A DNA stretch of 64,000 nucleotides from a virus (taxonomy: Duplodnaviria; Caudoviricetes). Positions 29,445-41,113 of the stretch are shown here, piece by piece. Every line of letters starts with the position of its first letter. The first letter of the stretch is position 1. The translations under genes and the position numbers were made by a program. Where the stretch lies: the IMG/VR virus record IMGVR_UViG_3300044712_000786, positions 64,001-128,000 of that record; one strand, 5' to 3'. The notes beneath the pieces are model-generated. The model did not search any database and had not been told where the DNA came from. It was given only the letters and a program-made list of their open reading frames with translations.

Positions 29445-29849
29445 TCACGCTGGCAAGGATGAAAGGTCAGGCGTCTCAAATTCAATATAGCCAAACTTAT
29501 AAGGATACAAATCCATTTCTGCATCTTTAACGATAAAGTTTGTTATTTGAATGCTTTGTAATATTTGTTCCGCTCTTATTTGTGCCTCCGGTAGTAGCCC
29601 ACGCTTTTTCCCTTTGGATTTTCCATAGTCGATATTTAGCAGTTCAAAAAGAGCTATATTTAATAGGGCTTTATTTAAGTCCTCGTTATTTGTCCAGAAG
29701 TAAGCAAAGTTTGAAGTAAGCCAGTGAAGCTCACCCGAAGTTGCCTGATGGTTATAGAATGAGTAATATTTTCGTTCTATTTCGATGGGGTCATCGTTTT
29801 CGATTCCAATTGCTGTAACGGAACCAAAGTCATGGCGATGCAGAAGCAT
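29445..29849 (-). CDS. Hypothetical protein
   Basis: 134 aa ORF. Confidence 0.55.
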   Translation of the reverse strand: MLLHRHDFGSVTAIGIENDDPIEIERKYYSFYNHQATSGELHWLTSNFAYFWTNNEDLNKALLNIALFELLNIDYGKSKGKKRGLLPEAQIRAEQILQSIQITNFIVKDAEMDLYPYKFGYIEFETPDLSSLPA

Positions 29850-30246
29850 AAGGGGCTGCTGCCCTTATATTTAACGTTAACTGCTTCCAAATCAGCTAAC
29901 TTAAACGGCGAGAGAGTCTCTCTTAAGAGTAGCATTATCCCAATCATACCAAGAATTTTCCCAGTGTCAAGTGGGTAAATCCCCCATTTATTGGCTCGCT
30001 TTTAACTTCAAAATCGCTAAATTCTCATGCAGTAGATAAGATGATAGTTGAGATAAGTTAGAGAAACGCATATCAGGATACATTTCCTGAACCCCGTCAG
30101 CAATCTGGACTAACATATTTGAGATAGTAACCATTTGCTCGGGGCCATCTTGGTTTAATACGTCTCTATTATTTAGCACGATTTCGCTCGACATTCGCGC
30201 CAATTCATCTGCCTTATTTTGAATTATTTCCGTTAACTCAGGTCCG

Positions 30247-33200
30247 CTATATGTTCTCATAAATTGCTGTTTCAACTGAATGCCATAAAAGATTAAGAGG
30301 ATTATCTTCGTAGATAAATAGCCTCGCCCCATCTAAATCAACCTTACGAACCTTTTTCTTTAATTTATTCCAAGCTTCGTTATCTATCTGAGGTTTGATT
30401 TTGTAAAAGCACGGGGACATAAGCTGGTTAAATGATATTTCCAAAAAACAGCTTAAAAAATCGTAATCTGTGCGAAATAGGCATTCTAACTCGTAATTTT
30501 ATAAAACTTATTAAAACAGACATATTCTTATATGCCTCAACTAAGGCCGTTGAGCGATAGAATTTAAATCCTTTATTATTGAACCACATTACCTCTGAGT
30601 CGAATTTGTCTTTTACTGACTTCATCCTATTAGCTTTTTTTCACTTGTCAAGTCCTTATAGATTTCTCTTGTTATTGCCGTATAAGGTATATTTCTTAAA
30701 AATCTAAATTTTGCCCAGCTAATACCCATATCTACCCTATGATAGATATGGGAGTGTCCACAACCATTCCTAATCTCATTTGCAAAGTCAAATATTTGTT
30801 TATTTAGCGCTCCCATACGAATATCCTTATTTTATCTACAAGAACATCTACTAATATCCATATTTGGCTTTCGTCTTCTATTCCTTTATAAGCTAACTTA
30901 CGGATATCCGAGTTTACATTAGCAAATAGCTTTCCATAGCTTTGACAGTCTATTTCCCAAAATCTAGACTTAATAGAATCCATATACAGCCCCCCTTACA
31001 TTTGACCTGATGTTCCTAATAACAGATAAATACAGGTGACGAAACACTTCCATATAGATTCCTTCGCGTGCATCTATCTGATTAAGTCTAACAAGGATAA
31101 CAGGTTGCATATTTATTTGAACTTAGTGCGTTAAGTGATATCACTTTGATAGCATTAAATAAAGAAATTCATTATTTAGGGAGAGAAGTTTTTGACAGAA
31201 CCCTATTTGTTATTTTAATCATTCCCATACTATCCTCCATTCTTCTCTATTTCCTATATCCCGCAAAGAGCCTAAGACACTTTCCGTTATCGAATCAATA
31301 TAAGAACAACGCGTCTCTATTTTGTCATAGGCAGAATCAAAGTCCATTGGATTGATATCGTTTAAAGCTTGGTGGCAAAAGGAATCTATTTGCCAATAAA
31401 CTTTATCTTTCAGACTTTTCATCGATTAAATAAACAATTATAAGAGTAAGCTTCGTCCTCTACTTGGAGCCTTAAATCACTTAATGTAAGTGATATTCCA
31501 CTATTATTGATTTTCCTTATTTCTTCAAATTGAACGAAGTCTTTTAATCGCCCCCATGCCCACACATCTAATTCAAAACGTATTAATTTACGTAGCGGGT
31601 TCATCTTTGATTAAATAAACAAATGGATTTTTGAAACATCTGCCCTAGTATTAAGCTTTATATTGATAAAATGAGCTAATTTATGCTCTGTCTCGCGCAT
31701 AACTGAATTAAACATTGGGTTATCTATGCTATTAGCTAAACAAATATGGTAACAGCTATTGTCGCACTGCCAGCCGAAAAATCTAAATAAAGGCGTCATT
31801 TAAAGCCTATCCCTATTATATCTACCCAAAGGAAGTTCCTCAAGCCGTATGTCTTTGCTTTGAGGTTTATTTCGTGGTTAGCTAGGCTTACGCTTTCCCA
31901 ATAAATACAAATATTTAATAGACGCCATCCAGATTTCTCTTCTTCCAATATTAAATTAAAACAGGGCTTCATTTTTTAGACAGACGTTTTCTAGACTCGC
32001 AAGTGATTGTCACCATCAAGCGATTCAAATCAGCAAAATAAAGCAAAGGAAACTCAACAGATTCTTCTACTTGATACCACATGTTGGGAAACCCGCCAAT
32101 TCCCGTAACGTTCGATACGATACTATAACAGCTATTGTCCAGATTCCAAGCAAAAAAGTTAAATAAAGACTTCATTATAGCTCCATAAAGTATCCATTCT
32201 TAAGGCATATCTTAAGTCCCTCAAAGACAGTTTGATATTCGTATTTAGGTTAGCTTCCCTTATTTCTTCAAAGCGAACAAATTCCGCTAATAGCGCCCAT
32301 GCCTCGGAGTCTAATTTGTCAAACTTAGTCCCGATAGGCTTCATTAGATATCCTATCCCTCAGAACAAGAAATATATCCCTTATAAAATAGGGGATTCCG
32401 AGACGTTCTGTTTTAAAATAAGCGTTGGCGGATATAGAAAGCCCAGCCACCCTCGTAACAGCTACCCAGCCAAGAGCATCAGCACCATCAAAAATATTTA
32501 TCCTATTCATTCTGTTAGAGCGAGAAATCTTCTACATAATCATCTACTATCCACTCAATACCATACCTAAGATATTCGGTCACGCCTTTGTAGGTTTCAT
32601 TAATCATGCGAGCACTAACTAGAGAGAACATACCTTGATAACATACCATTTCATGGCGACCAAACTCATCACTTAGACTGTTCATAAGCTAAATAGTTTT
32701 TTCCGTATCTTATTGCAGTAGAACGAATTAACGGGTTTAGCACATAAACGTCAGATATGGTCTCTATCCCATAATAAGCTCTAAAATATGAAATAACAGG
32801 GACAGAACGATTGATAGAATTCCAACAAATAGTATGGACTATAATTTTGACATTTTTAATCGGTTCCATATCCTACCAGCTATTTTCAAAAATACAACTG
32901 TTTTTTACTTCCCAATATATCAAGCCCTTCAATCTAATCCTGTCTATCATAATCTCGACCCGATGGAAGACATGATTAACGATAGGCATGGGCGAGCCTT
33001 GGGTTATCACAGCATAAGCTTTCCTCTGCTCATCTATATAAAACCTATCACGTAAGTTGTTCATCCGCAAGCCTTAACTTAGTCTCCAAGACTATAACGC
33101 GAATATAAAACATTCTCATATTAGAATAGCATTCGCTCCAATCGACAGTACTAATAGTATCTTCTGGAAAAAGGAATTTTTTAGTAGATTTCACAGCGTC

Positions 33201-36200
33201 CACCAGCCGCGCCACCTAATCATCAATGGAAACTGAAGATGCCAATAGTTAATCTTACCATTAGCCTTCAAAGCTTCCCCTTTCATGCTGTAAAACCCTT
33301 CAGGAGTAGCACAGGCGGCACAAAGCCTAGGATTCCCGCCCAAGATGGGAGGGTTAAACTTCCCGCAATTATCGCATCTTTTAATCTTCATATGTTGCGC
33401 CAAACAACTTCCCAATAAACCGTAGAACGAATATCGGGTCTAAGTTTAATTTTAAACCTAATTCCTTGTCTGACAACGTGAAACACCCCCGCATCTAATG
33501 CTTCGGGCCAGCCTCTTCCGCCATCAAAATGGATTCGTTTCATATTTCCAAAAATCTATTTAGGGCACTTAGACAGGGCTTTTTCCAAAAGCTCAAAAAA
33601 TTCGTCTTGAAAGCCAATATTAGGACTTCCGTAGTCTTCGGGGGTCTCGAACTGTTCAATATTATCTAATTTATTCACATGGGTCAAACCTGACCTTACC
33701 ACACTGTTAGAGCTTTCACCGATGATAGCCAGAAGAATATAGGCTTCCTTGGGGCTCAGAGTTAAAACTACGTCAATTTGTTTTGATATAAGGGCAGCTT
33801 TCATTTTTCAATTTTAGCAGTTATTTTCTCAGGGTCAAGGCTAAGATAAAAAACGAAATTGTATATTAACCATTTAGCTTGAATGTTTGTTGGGGGACGT
33901 AAAGCTACATGAGCTTCATCTACGGGACGAGTATTGACTATTTTGCTTAACTTATTAAATGCGTCTATAGATGCATCTTCCCTAAGTCGAAACAAGCTCT
34001 TCATAAGTCTCTATGTAGTTGACAAGGTTGGTTAGATGAATCCAAGGGCAAGCCTCGTGCGGGGCAAAGTGTTCTACTTCAAGACGATAATTCCAAATCT
34101 CATGATTAAAACGGAGTGTATAACTAAATGATTTCATGTATCACAAAATAGTCATTTCATTTACGTCGAATAGCCAATCGTAAAGTATCCATACATGCTC
34201 TTTAATCACTTTAGTTTCTAATTCTTCCGAAACTTGCACTAGAATCTTACTTTGTAATACCTCGCCAACGTGAGGATAGAAAATTAAGCCACTTACATTA
34301 GTCATATTTTAAGCCCCAAGATATTATCCATTTGTTATTGCTTTCTATGTATGGCTCTATTCCTTCCTGAATCTCTAAGATAACGTCATAAGACATCACT
34401 CTAAATAAGTCAACGTTATAGGGGCGGTCACCACAAAATTGAGCCCATAAGCTTTTCATTTTCAAAAATCCAACATTTCTTCTAGCTTGCGACATACTCT
34501 TCCATCTAACCTATGCATAAAATTACCCGCTCCTCCTACAATAAGCTGTTGTTCAAAGGTAATGATTTTATTACCCATTTGTCTTATTACAAGACCAACT
34601 AAATTATAACCGACCTTTTGCGTTACGGGACTCCAAAGCTCTTGACTGTCCATAAATTGGAATTTAAATTGCTCCATCTGTTTCCTTAACTTCTATAGAG
34701 ATAGGCCCAACAAATCTAGCTATTGCCCTCACTTCTTTAGTAACTTGCCTTATAACTAATAAATCTACTTCCGCGCATAGAGAATACCAAGGGGAAAGAT
34801 TCATTCTATTTTTGATAGACTTCATTTATAACTTTCGTAAATAATGGAGCTACTACGAACCTAAAGGTTATGTTTATTTTGTCTCTAGCTAAGCCTCTAA
34901 GATTTTTATTAACCATCTTGCTTATGTAATAACAAAGCATAGGGTCAATGGGATATTTAACTGGCTTCATATCTTCCAACAGCCGCTTTTAATTGTAAGC
35001 AAGATTCAAAGTAAAGAACGCTAACCTTTGTTCTAAATTGTGCCCGAGCTGAGCTAGTTGTCTCTCTATTTAATGTAGTAAAAGACTCGGTGTCACAGCC
35101 CCAAATTAACAGATGAACGCTATTCATGTATATTATCCAAATTCTTCAAGTGACAGACCTTCTACCGTTCGATGTTTCAAATAAAGAGCCGAACAATTAA
35201 ACTCTATCTCTTGCAAAGATATTAAACACTGGATATAAGAAAGGCATTCTTTGCTCTGAGACCAGCAAACCGCATTATAACTATTAAAGATGTCTCTTAC
35301 TGTATTCATTCTAGCGTCTTTTTTTCCCAGAGCAAGCTATATTAAGAGATTAAATGAAAAATACCGTTCAATGACCTAAAAAAAGCGATATTCCTTTCTA
35401 TTCCTTCTTCCGCTTCATAATAACGGCCATTACTAACCTCGAATACAGATAACTTATTACGAACTGACTTCATAATTCCAACTTACGTATTCCTTGGGGA
35501 TAGGTATTCTCGGCATAAATTGCCCTAGCCACCATAAAGCAGAAGCCTCTTCTAAGTTATGAAAGGCATCCGCTCTAACCCAATATGATACGTCATCTTG
35601 GAAGTCTCCCCAAATGTCATAATTCAGGTTAAAAACTTCAATTCTCTTCATAATGAAATAGATTTCTAGGAATAAATATCAACTGCTCTCTTATTATGAA
35701 TAGCCTAGAACTAACTTCTATTGACCTGTAAGTAAGATTTCGCACGTCAACAGAAAGAGGAATTGCGGACCATATGCAAGTATCTATTCTATTAAACTCT
35801 CTACGTAGAGATACCATAATGCCTTACTCCCCTATAAACACTATTAGATATTTCATAAACATCTGTCATACCATATCTTACGTCCTGAATGACCCTTCTA
35901 ATGAATTCTCCTTCTACATGATAGAGTAACTCATCGAATACGATATTAGACAATCCTTCGGGCGTTACTGCAAGAACCTTTTTCATCTAAAGCTTTCTTG
36001 GAAAACAAAAATTTCCTTTTCAAAGCTAACCTCCCTATAGAAACTAGAATTCGGACCCATTAAAGCTACAATCCAGTCATCTAGCTCTAATGCCGCTAGC
36101 GCTATATCAGTCATGTCTCCATTTATAAAATGACTCCTAACCGTCTGCCAATCGGTAGTTTTTTCTCTAAAAAATTCCCTTAAGTTCAGCATAGATTGCT

Positions 36201-37470
36201 CCCTGAAGCGGTTCGACAAGACTCCAAACTTTCAATTGGACATTAAAAACACAAGCCCATCGGACGCTCCAATCGGCATCCCTTAGAATAGCGTCCCAAC
36301 AGTGGTCTCGTATTTCATTAAATTCAGTAATAGGCTTCAATTGCTTTCTTGGAGGTATCTTCTATAATGTCGATTATCTCAATTATAAAGTCATGGTGAT
36401 ATTCAATTCCGAATAAACCCGCCCGTTGAACAACATAAGATGTCCGTTTCATTACTATATCTCCCCACGCTCCAATGCTATAATCTGTAAAATTGTTCAA
36501 ACGTTTCATTTGTTAGCACAAGAGAATCTATTACCGCATCGCTCGCAAATATATTATCAAAAGCCCTTTTAACGACGATTACCTTGCGGTGATATTGCGA
36601 TATAGCCCTAGTCGATTCTAGTTCCACGTTATACAGTCTGTAGACAACGTTATTCATTTAAGAATAGCTGTCTTATTTTTAGCCAACTGAATAAAATCGT
36701 TGACTTTCGCATCTGTAAAACAGACGTATTCGCGCAAGCAAGACTTTAATTCATACATGTTAACAGCATGACGTATCTTGTTGGCTTCCTTGTCTTTACC
36801 CATGCTGCGAAGTTCCTGCAAGCACGCTTCCAAAATTTCACGATAGCTCATTTAAGTATTCTAGACAAAATTTTTCCAAAATCAAGAGCATTCATCACTG
36901 TACTTTTTATTCTGATTACTCTTAACCCTTTAACAACCCTTCGCTCCGCAGGGGTTAAATCGTACAATAGAAGAAACCTTACCTTTTGGCTGTTATAAAA
37001 TGTTATGTATTCCGAAATACTGTTCATAAAAACCCTTCACAGAGTCGTATATTCTTCCCGAAATACGAACGCAATCTATCTTTTCTATAACAAGGTCATC
37101 TGTAGAGTTACGGGGATGAAACAGAAATCTTACTTTATCGTGCCTTAAAGATATCTTGTCCTGTAGTGGAGTCATATATTCCATTTCTAATAGGGGCCAA
37201 TAAGATGGATAATTCCCTTTCTATTCTATCAACGGGGAGAGTCATCCTTAATATAGAGCTAGGCATATTCCGCCACCAGATATCCATATTCTCGGGAAGC
37301 ATTAGTTTAATAGTGTCCATGCCTGATTATCGCTAATTGAAGATTTATATTACCATAACGAGCGTCCAGAGGAATTTTAGATATCCAATTTGATATATCT
37401 GGCTTAATGTTATAAGGGATGAGATAATAAAAAGCCGCAAAACAACCAAGGGAGTATCTTCCTAATGGAT
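30247..37470 (-). other. Dense tandem array of about 35 coupled mini-ORFs (45-80 aa)
   Basis: About 20 are in the ORF track; more under 60 aa were translated manually (e.g. MDSIKSRFW.., MKPCFNL.., MNSLSDEF.., MKSFSYT.., MKSIKNR.., MKPVKYP.., MNSVHLL.., MNTVRDI..). Shared start M-[KNDT]-[SPR]-[LIV]; start/stop overlaps. Confidence 0.75.
33556..33804 (-). CDS. Hypothetical protein, paralog of 37471-37710
   Basis: VVLTLSPKEAYILLAIIG versus VSLTLSPREAYIILIAMG. Confidence 0.7.
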   Translation of the reverse strand: MKAALISKQIDVVLTLSPKEAYILLAIIGESSNSVVRSGLTHVNKLDNIEQFETPEDYGSPNIGFQDEFFELLEKALSKCPK

Positions 37471-37710
37471 TCATACCTCTAAAGCATCAATAATCTGTCC
37501 GTAAGCTTTATCGATAACTTTATGTTCCCTTGTAGTAATAGGCTTCCTGACTTTCTCGGGAATAAACTTAAGGTGCCCGTAGTCACGAACCTGATTAATC
37601 TTTTCTTCTAGCCGCGAGGGGGTTATATCCCCCATAGCGATAAGGATAATGTAAGCTTCTCTGGGAGAAAGAGTTAGACTTACTCGCTTATTCTTACTCT
37701 TGATTTTCAC
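37471..37710 (-). CDS. Hypothetical protein, paralog of 33556-33804
   Basis: Same shared motif. Confidence 0.7.
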   Translation of the reverse strand: MKIKSKNKRVSLTLSPREAYIILIAMGDITPSRLEEKINQVRDYGHLKFIPEKVRKPITTREHKVIDKAYGQIIDALEV

Positions 37711-37872
37711 AGCAGTCCCCTTCGGCTCCGTATTGCATTCGGCGCATCCACTGATTTACATCAATAGGTTCGCTTTGCAGCTTAAAAAGCCCATTGTTAA
37801 AGGTTACAATCTCTTCTTTGGGCTTGTAACTAACCTGCCTACGGGCGAAAAATTCAAATCGTTCTTGGTCGT

Positions 37873-38142
37873 TCATGATTCAATAGTAATAGGATTCTCG
37901 GGGGTAGCCCAATATTCAACATTAAAACCGTCCAGCTTGCTATCAAAGGTTAATTTCTCGCCCACCTTAAAAGGTATCAAATCGCATGAAAGATAAATGC
38001 CCTCGCTCTTTGATAGGGCTAAAACTACGACATCCTTCCATCTCCTGTCCCCTGAACCCACCGCTCCTTGATGAACTAACACACAGGGATAGTCCTTCAC
38101 GTAAGATACTTTCCTAGTCGCGCTTAAATTAACTTTAATCAT
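37873..38142 (-). CDS. Hypothetical protein, paralog of 39304-39570
   Basis: DYPCVLVHQG...WKDVVV versus EYPVLMEHQG...WRGIIV; promoter TTGCGT-N16-TAAAAT-N6-ATG. Confidence 0.65.
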   Translation of the reverse strand: MIKVNLSATRKVSYVKDYPCVLVHQGAVGSGDRRWKDVVVLALSKSEGIYLSCDLIPFKVGEKLTFDSKLDGFNVEYWATPENPITIES

Positions 38143-38179
38143 ACCCCAATTTTAAATTGAATTTTTAAAAACGCAAGAA

Positions 38180-38413
38180 CTATTTACGAACTTGAGCCAT
38201 GGACGAAACATAACATCTGCTCCAAGTTTCAAAAATGAAAAACTCATTCGAAGTAGCTGTATCGGTAACATAGATAATAGTGCGGTAAGTATCTAGTTCC
38301 TGAGTCTCTACAGTAAAGCGGCGTTTAGGGGGAGGGGGAAGCGGGGCTTCCGCTTGCTGAGTAGTTTGCTGGCAGCAACCCGCCAACATAAGGAGTAATA
38401 GACAGTATTTCAT
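38180..38413 (-). CDS. Small lipoprotein
   Basis: MKYCLLLLMLAGC lipobox. Confidence 0.65.
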   Translation of the reverse strand: MKYCLLLLMLAGCCQQTTQQAEAPLPPPPKRRFTVETQELDTYRTIIYVTDTATSNEFFIFETWSRCYVSSMAQVRK

Positions 38414-38688
38414 AGAGTTTTAAAGAGGGGCATTTTGAAATAGCGCGAGGCACGCTTAATCATCTTGTCATAAACGGGAATCATATGGCGGGGCATCACC
38501 GCAACCGTTCCAGTTTTGCAGCGCCCTTCAGCAATGGTCAGAGCTTTAGCCTTATCGAACCTATCGCCAGCCTTGACGTTAGTGTAGCTCCAGCCCAAGC
38601 CCACAGCTTCGCCATGCTTAGCCGCCATAACGCAACCCCGCAATTGATTAGTGCGGGGGTCTCGAACGAATTCATAGATTTTGTCCAT
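38410..38688 (-). CDS. Hypothetical phage protein
   Basis: GLGWSY...DRFDKAKALTIAEGR. Confidence 0.6.
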   Translation of the reverse strand: MDKIYEFVRDPRTNQLRGCVMAAKHGEAVGLGWSYTNVKAGDRFDKAKALTIAEGRCKTGTVAVMPRHMIPVYDKMIKRASRYFKMPLFKTL

Positions 38689-38874
38689 ATTTTAAATTTA
38701 ATTAAATTTTTTCGAAAATAAAGCTAATTTTGAACGTTTCTTCTCTAACAAGGTACGCTAAATCTAGTATCGTATCGTTTACTTGATTATAAATTACTAT
38801 TCGTGCTTTATAGGTGATATTCCAAAACACATTTGCTCTTGTGGGAGCATTAGCAACTACCTCTCTTAAGGGCT

Positions 38875-39159
38875 TCATTCCTGCTCTACTAATATAGGCT
38901 TTACATTAGGAGAAAAGGTTACTTTAATAGTAATAACCTGATTAGTCTCAGATTTAAGCGCCTGAAGCTCTCGCTTAAGGGCTAGAACCTCATTTCTAAT
39001 AGCTTCTCTTTCGGCGCTAAGACGGGCGATAGACTCTTTTAAAGATATCTCTCTTTTAATATCGGGGGAGTCTGTTGCAATAAGGCCCACCAAACCAGCT
39101 AGAAGAGCCACTATGATACAAAGATATAAACAAATAGATTTCATAAATTTTTGTAACAA
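38875..39159 (-). CDS. Membrane-anchored coiled-coil protein
   Basis: N-terminal transmembrane segment followed by heptads. Confidence 0.55.
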   Translation of the reverse strand: MLQKFMKSICLYLCIIVALLAGLVGLIATDSPDIKREISLKESIARLSAEREAIRNEVLALKRELQALKSETNQVITIKVTFSPNVKPILVEQE

Positions 39160-39303
39160 TCATCCAAAGCATATCTTATGATGCTCGCCCATCCAAAGAT
39201 AATATAATTGGCTTTACGAATTAAATCGCCCTGTCTGCATAGTTCAGGACAATTATTACTATTCCACTCTTGGACGGGCATTAAATCCCTGATATGTTTA
39301 ACG

Positions 39304-39570
39304 CTATTCACTGGATAAGGTAATGCTGCCCTTAAAGGGCTTCCAAATGGGCGACATGATATCTTGGTTACAATAGGCTTGCCCCGCTTTAACATGAGGG
39401 TTAAGACTAGACCAAAGGATAGAGCAAGTAAATGCGTTTGAAAAAACGACAATTATACCCCTCCAAAGCTCATTTCCCTTCCCATCCGCCAATAAACCTT
39501 GATGCTCCATTAAAACGGGATATTCCATTTTCCTTACCTCTTCCTTCTGATGATTCACTTCAATCTTCAT
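39304..39570 (-). CDS. Hypothetical protein, paralog of 37873-38142
   Basis: Same shared motif. Confidence 0.65.
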   Translation of the reverse strand: MKIEVNHQKEEVRKMEYPVLMEHQGLLADGKGNELWRGIIVVFSNAFTCSILWSSLNPHVKAGQAYCNQDIMSPIWKPFKGSITLSSE

Positions 39571-39896
39571 ATTCTAATTTTATCTTGGTTTTTTAAAAAA
39601 TCAACAACGAACAGCTTTAAATTGTGCCTTAATCCAAGGGTCCAATCGGGTCTTTTCTCCGTTCTCTTTGAGAAGTCTGTAAAAGAAACTTTATTTAAAA
39701 CTGTATACATAAAGTTACAGTATATCGGTAGCTCTACCTTATTCATAGCTCCAATCCATAACAATACCTTGCATATTAATCCTTAGTGTCATAGTCCAAT
39801 CGGCTCTTTGACGAACAACTAATTGAAAGGATTTGTGTCCTATGCTATCTATAATAAATTTTCTAAATTCTAAATATCTAGGTGTGGCTATCTTAT

Positions 39897-40259
39897 TCAT
39901 TCCTGAGTCTTTTCATAGACGATATGATTAATATAAACAGAACTTAGCAGACTAGCATAAACTATAGTAGCGGTCACGAACCAACCTAAAGAAATACATA
40001 ACCACGAAACAATGAAGTCGAAAGCCATGTTGACCATTAATCCCAAAGGCCAAATCCTCTGTCGGCGCATTGTCCGAATCATCGTATTATAAATGTCATC
40101 CCCGCTAGTCACCCACATGGATACAGCGACAAAGACATTACATAGATTTATAAACCAAAGCAGCCCTTGAGTCATTAAAGGCGTATACTTACCATGGGAA
40201 AAGAAACTGAGAATGACCATTCCAAGTATGCAGAGGTTGCCTATCAAATACTTAAGCAT
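39897..40259 (-). CDS. Multi-pass membrane protein
   Basis: Four hydrophobic segments. Confidence 0.6.
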   Translation of the reverse strand: MLKYLIGNLCILGMVILSFFSHGKYTPLMTQGLLWFINLCNVFVAVSMWVTSGDDIYNTMIRTMRRQRIWPLGLMVNMAFDFIVSWLCISLGWFVTATIVYASLLSSVYINHIVYEKTQE

Positions 40260-40433
40260 ACTGTATGGTCTCAGAATTTTTTAATAAATCAATAAATAAT
40301 TCGGGATAAATATCGATAACCTCATCGATTGTTCTAACATAAAAAATACCGAAGCAATCAGAAGATACATTTAGTATCCTAGTCACATTAACGGAAGCGC
40401 GAATAGCCGTATCGACTTTACGTCTAACGCTTT

Positions 40434-40676
40434 TCACGGCTCTTGAACTTCCTTCAAATCGTCTTCCTCAGTTAGGACAGAGTTACAGATGGCGCAAAAA
40501 CACTCTTCTTTCTCATAGGACGGGTGCCTTGACCCATCGGGCTCTGTCTCCAAGGCTTCCTCTACGTCCTTCCTAAAGCAGTAGAGTAAGTCAGCTATAA
40601 CATCCATGTCCTCGGGACTGGGGGGAAAACAATCCGCGCAAAGGTCTACAAACTCATCACCTACTTCAATTCTCAT
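40434..40676 (-). CDS. Acidic Zn-binding small protein
   Basis: CADC...CFCAIC; very D/E-rich. Confidence 0.55.
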   Translation of the reverse strand: MRIEVGDEFVDLCADCFPPSPEDMDVIADLLYCFRKDVEEALETEPDGSRHPSYEKEECFCAICNSVLTEEDDLKEVQEP

Positions 40677-40679
40677 AAG

Positions 40680-40753
40680 AAAAAAAGGGCGACTTACGTA
40701 GAGCCGTGAGAAACCACACCTAAACCAGTGGAAAACTCAAACGTAAGCCGCCC
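40680..40753 (-). terminator. Long hairpin/terminator with structured 40 nt interior
   Basis: GGGCGGCTTACGT...ACGTAAGTCGCCC followed by T7. Confidence 0.6.
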
Positions 40754-40770
40754 AATCTGTTAACGCTCGC

Positions 40771-41067
40771 TTAGTCAGCTACGTTGCGGATAGCTTCAGG
40801 CGTATACTCAACCTGAATAACCGACTTATAAATACCCTCGTCAATCGTGATAGGGTCATGCTCTTGGTGAACAAGAGTCGCTTTGTCCTTGACTTCAATA
40901 TACTGAGCCAAGCCTTCCTCGTCATCAGCGAAGCCAACGGCCCCGCCGAAGATGGAGTGATGATGTCCAGTAGCTTCGCCATAAGCGAGAGTTACCTTCT
41001 TCGTGCGCTTCAGCCCCGCAGGAACCGAAGCAACCTTAACCAATAGAACGTCACCTTGTCGTTTCAT
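40771..41067 (-). CDS. Conserved small His-rich protein (usual partner of DUF6745)
   Basis: RQGDVLL...LAYGEATGHHH...LVHQEHDPI...IQVEYTP. Confidence 0.75.
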   Translation of the reverse strand: MKRQGDVLLVKVASVPAGLKRTKKVTLAYGEATGHHHSIFGGAVGFADDEEGLAQYIEVKDKATLVHQEHDPITIDEGIYKSVIQVEYTPEAIRNVAD

Positions 41068-41113
41068 ATTTTAATTCTACCAATGTTTTTGTGGTTGTCA
41101 ACTATTTACACTA

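Noticed and set aside
30247-37470. Diversity-generating retroelement as the source of mini-gene diversity
   Set aside because: No reverse transcriptase or adenine-specific TR/VR repeat pair was seen in this window; one elsewhere in the genome cannot be excluded.
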